DNA of 64,000 bases from Squalus acanthias (taxonomy: Eukaryota): positions 18,786,001-18,850,000 of the forward strand of contig CM059425.1 in assembly GCA_030390025.1 (NCBI GenBank), in the 5' to 3' direction. The translations under genes were made by a program, and so were the position numbers. This document shows, piece after piece, positions 61,355 through 64,000 of the stretch (its first letter is position 1; the number at the start of each line of letters is the position of its first letter). The notes under the pieces were generated by a model. That model was given only the letters and a program-made list of their open reading frames with translations, had not been told where the DNA came from and made no database searches.

Positions 61355-64000
61355 ATAAGAACATAAGAACATAAGAAATAGGAGCAGGAGTAGGCCAATC
61401 GGCCCCTCGAGCCTGCTCCGCCATTCAATAAGATCATGGCTGATCTGATCCTAACCGCCAATCTACTATCTATCACAGAACCATCTCCTGCATCTAACAG
61501 AATTGCACACACGAAATAGGAGCAGAATCAGGCTACACAGTCCCTGGGCCCGCTCCACTACCCACAGGGCCATGACCGATCCGAACCTAGACTCATGTCC
61601 AAATTCCTGCCCGCTCCCCGTAACCCTTAATGCCCTTTACTTCTAGGAAACTGTCTATTTCTGTTTTAAATTTAATTAATGTTGTAGCTTCTACAGCTTT
61701 TTGTGGCAGCATATTCCATGGACCTACCACCCTCTGAGTGAAGTAGTTCCTCCTCATCTCAGTTTTGAAAGAGCAGCCCCTTATTCTAAGACTATGTCCC
61801 CTAGTTCTCGTCTCACCCGTCATCGGGAACATCCTCCCCGCATCCACCCGATCCAACCCCTTCACAATCTTATATGTTTCAATAAGATCGCCTCTCATTC
61901 TTCTGAACTCCAATGAGTAGAGTCCCAATCTACCCAACCTCTCCTCATATGACCACCCCCTCATCCCCGGGATTAACCGAGTGAACCTTTTTTGCACTGC
62001 CTCGAGAGCAAGGATGTCTTTCCTTAAGTAAGGACACCAAAACTGTATGCAGTATTCCAGGTGCGGTCTCACCAATACCTTGTACAACTGAAGCAATACC
62101 TCCCTATTTTTATATTCTATCCCCCTAGCAATGAAAGCCAACATTCCATTTGCCTTCTTAATCACTTGCTGCACCTGCATACTAACCTTTTGAGTTTCGT
62201 GCACCAGGACCCCCAGATCCCTTTGCACTTCAGTACTCTCCAGTTTCTTGCCATTAAGATAATAAATTGCTCTAGGATTTTTCCTGCCAAAGTGCATCAC
62301 CTCACACTTTCCAGTGTTGTATTCCATCTGCCAAATCTCTGCCCACTTACTTAGCCTGTCTATGTCCCCTTGCAGGTTTTTTATGTCCTCCTCACTCACT
62401 ACTTTCCCTCCCATCTTTGTATCATCTGCAAATTTTGATATGTTACACTTGGTCCCTTCCTCCAAATCGTTAATATAGATTGTGAAGAGTTGGGGACCCA
62501 GCACTGACCCCTGTGGAACACCACTAGTTACTGATTGCCAGTCTGAGAATGAACCATTTATCCCAACTCTTTGCTTTCTGTTAGATAGCCAATCCTCTAT
62601 CCATGCCAGAATATTACCCCCAATCCCGTGATTTTTTACCTTAAGCAATAATCTTTTGTGTGGCACCTTGTCAAATGCCTTTTGGAAGTCCAAATACACT
62701 ACGTCCACTGGTTCCCCTTTATCCACTCTATATGTTACTTCCTCAAAGAACTCCAGCAAATTTGTCAAACATGACTTCCCCTTCGTAAAACCATGCTGAC
62801 TTTGTCCTATTAAATTATGATTATCCAAATGTCCTGTTACTGTTTCCTTAATAATGGACTCCAAAATTTTACCTACCACAGATGTTAGGCTAACCGGTCT
62901 ATAGTTACCAGCCTTCTGTCTACTGCCCTTTTTGAATAAGGGTGTTACATTAGCAGTTTTCCAGTCTGCCGGGACCTTAGCGGAATCCAGGGAGTTTTGA
63001 AAAATTATTACCAATGCATCTACAATCCCTACCGCCACTTCCTTCAAGACTCTAGGATGTAAGCCATCAGGTCCAGGTGATTTATCCGCCTTGAGTCCCA
63101 TTATTTTACCGAGTACCACTTCCTTAGTGATTTTGATCGTGTTTAGCTCCTCTCCCCCTATAGCCCCCTGTTTGTCCAGTGTTGGGATATTCTTAGTGTC
63201 CTCTACTGTAAAGACTGATACAAAATATTCATTCAGTGTTTTTGCCATCTCCATATTTCCCACCATTAATTTCCCGGTCTCATCCTCTAAGGGACCAACA
63301 TTTACTTTAGCCACCCTTTTTCTTTTTATATAACTATAAAAACTCTTACTATCTGTTTTTATATTTTTTGCTAATTTACTTTCATAATCTATCTTCCCTT
63401 TCTTAATCAATCTTTTTGTTATTTTTTGCTGCCTTTTAAAGTTTTCCCAATCCTCTGTCCTCCCACTAGATTTCGCTACCTTATATGCCCTTGTTTTTAG
63501 TCGAATACTATCCTTAATTTCTTTACTTAGCCACGGATGACTGTCCTTTCTTTTACACCCTTTTCTTTTCAGTGGAATATATTTTTTTTGGAAGTTGTAA
63601 AATAACTCCTTGAATGTACACCACTGATCATGTGTCGTCTTACCCTTTAATCTATTTTCCCAATCCACTCTACTCAATTCCGCTCGCATACCTTCATAGT
63701 CTCCTTTATTCAAGCTTAGCACGCTTGTTTGAGATCCAACCTTCTCACCCTCTAATTGAATATGGAATTCAACCATGTTATGGTCACTCATTCCAAGGGG
63801 ATCCTTTACTAGGACATTTTTAATTAATCCTGTCTCGTTACACAGGACCAGATCTAAGGTTGCTTGCCCCCTGGTCGGTTCAGTTACATACTGCTCAAGA
63901 AACCCATCCCTAATACACTCAATGAACTCATCCTCAAGGCAGCCCTGCCCCATTTGATTTGTCCAATTAATATGATAGTTAAAATCCCCCATAATTATAG
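61355..64000 (-). mobile_element. Young CR1 (family B), continues beyond the window
   Basis: Tail at 61355; uninterrupted ORF2 to the window edge. Confidence 0.95.
61593..64000 (-). CDS. CR1 ORF2 APE-RT, open for at least 799 aa (N-terminus outside the window)
   Basis: [36 protein letters not shown] all intact. Confidence 0.92.
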   Translation of the reverse strand, partial: IIMGDFNYHINWTNQMGQGCLEDEFIECIRDGFLEQYVTEPTRGQATLDLVLCNETGLIKNVLVKDPLGMSDHNMVEFHIQLEGEKVGSQTSVLSLNKGDYEGMRAELSRVDWENRLKGKTTHDQWCTFKELFYNFQKKYIPLKRKGCKRKDSHPWLSKEIKDSIRLKTRAYKVAKSSGRTEDWENFKRQQKITKRLIKKGKIDYESKLAKNIKTDSKSFYSYIKRKRVAKVNVGPLEDETGKLMVGNMEMAKTLNEYFVSVFTVEDTKNIPTLDKQGAIGGEELNTIKITKEVVLGKIMGLKADKSPGPDGLHPRVLKEVAVGIVDALVIIFQNSLDSAKVPADWKTANVTPLFKKGSRQKAGNYRPVSLTSVVGKILESIIKETVTGHLDNHNLIGQSQHGFTKGKSCLTNLLEFFEEVTYRVDKGEPVDVVYLDFQKAFDKVPHKRLLLKVKNHGIGGNILAWIEDWLSNRKQRVGINGSFSDWQSVTSGVPQGSVLGPQLFTIYINDLEEGTKCNISKFADDTKMGGKVVSEEDIKNLQGDIDRLSKWAEIWQMEYNTGKCEVMHFGRKNPRAIYYLNGKKLESTEVQRDLGVLVHETQKVSMQVQQVIKKANGMLAFIARGIEYKNREVLLQLYKVLVRPHLEYCIQFWCPYLRKDILALEAVQKRFTRLIPGMRGWSYEERLGRLGLYSLEFRRMRGDLIETYKIVKGLDRVDAGRMFPMTGETRTRGHSLRIRGCSFKTEMRRNYFTQRVVGPWNMLPQKAVEATTLIKFKTEIDSFLEVKGIKGYGERAGIWT

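Overview
This is eukaryotic, TE-saturated, almost certainly intronic or intergenic DNA; the repeat spectrum suggests a cartilaginous fish (inference). No prokaryotic genes, rRNA, CRISPR arrays or complete host genes were found. The window holds a head-to-head Penelope-like element (RT + GIY-YIG) split by nested CR1 LINEs, and more than a dozen CR1 copies or fragments from several families (ORF1 Zn-finger/SGNH esterase; ORF2 APE-RT), one of them very young. There is a near-complete PIF/Harbinger transposon with an intact DDE transposase and a convergent, spliced but disrupted Myb/SANT gene, plus decayed relatives and MITEs. Three solo LTRs with 4-bp TSDs, Deu-domain SINEs and L2 fragments complete the inventory. 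The most notable signals are minimal hammerhead ribozyme motifs with co-varying stems in two Penelope-related short-element families, one forming a 93-bp-arm palindrome with a 12-bp TSD. Also notable are a CR1 family with a duplicated 3' tail, a compensatory change in a CR1 5'UTR tandem hairpin, and one candidate 67-nt host exon. Family labels A-D are my own working labels, and boundaries were read by eye.
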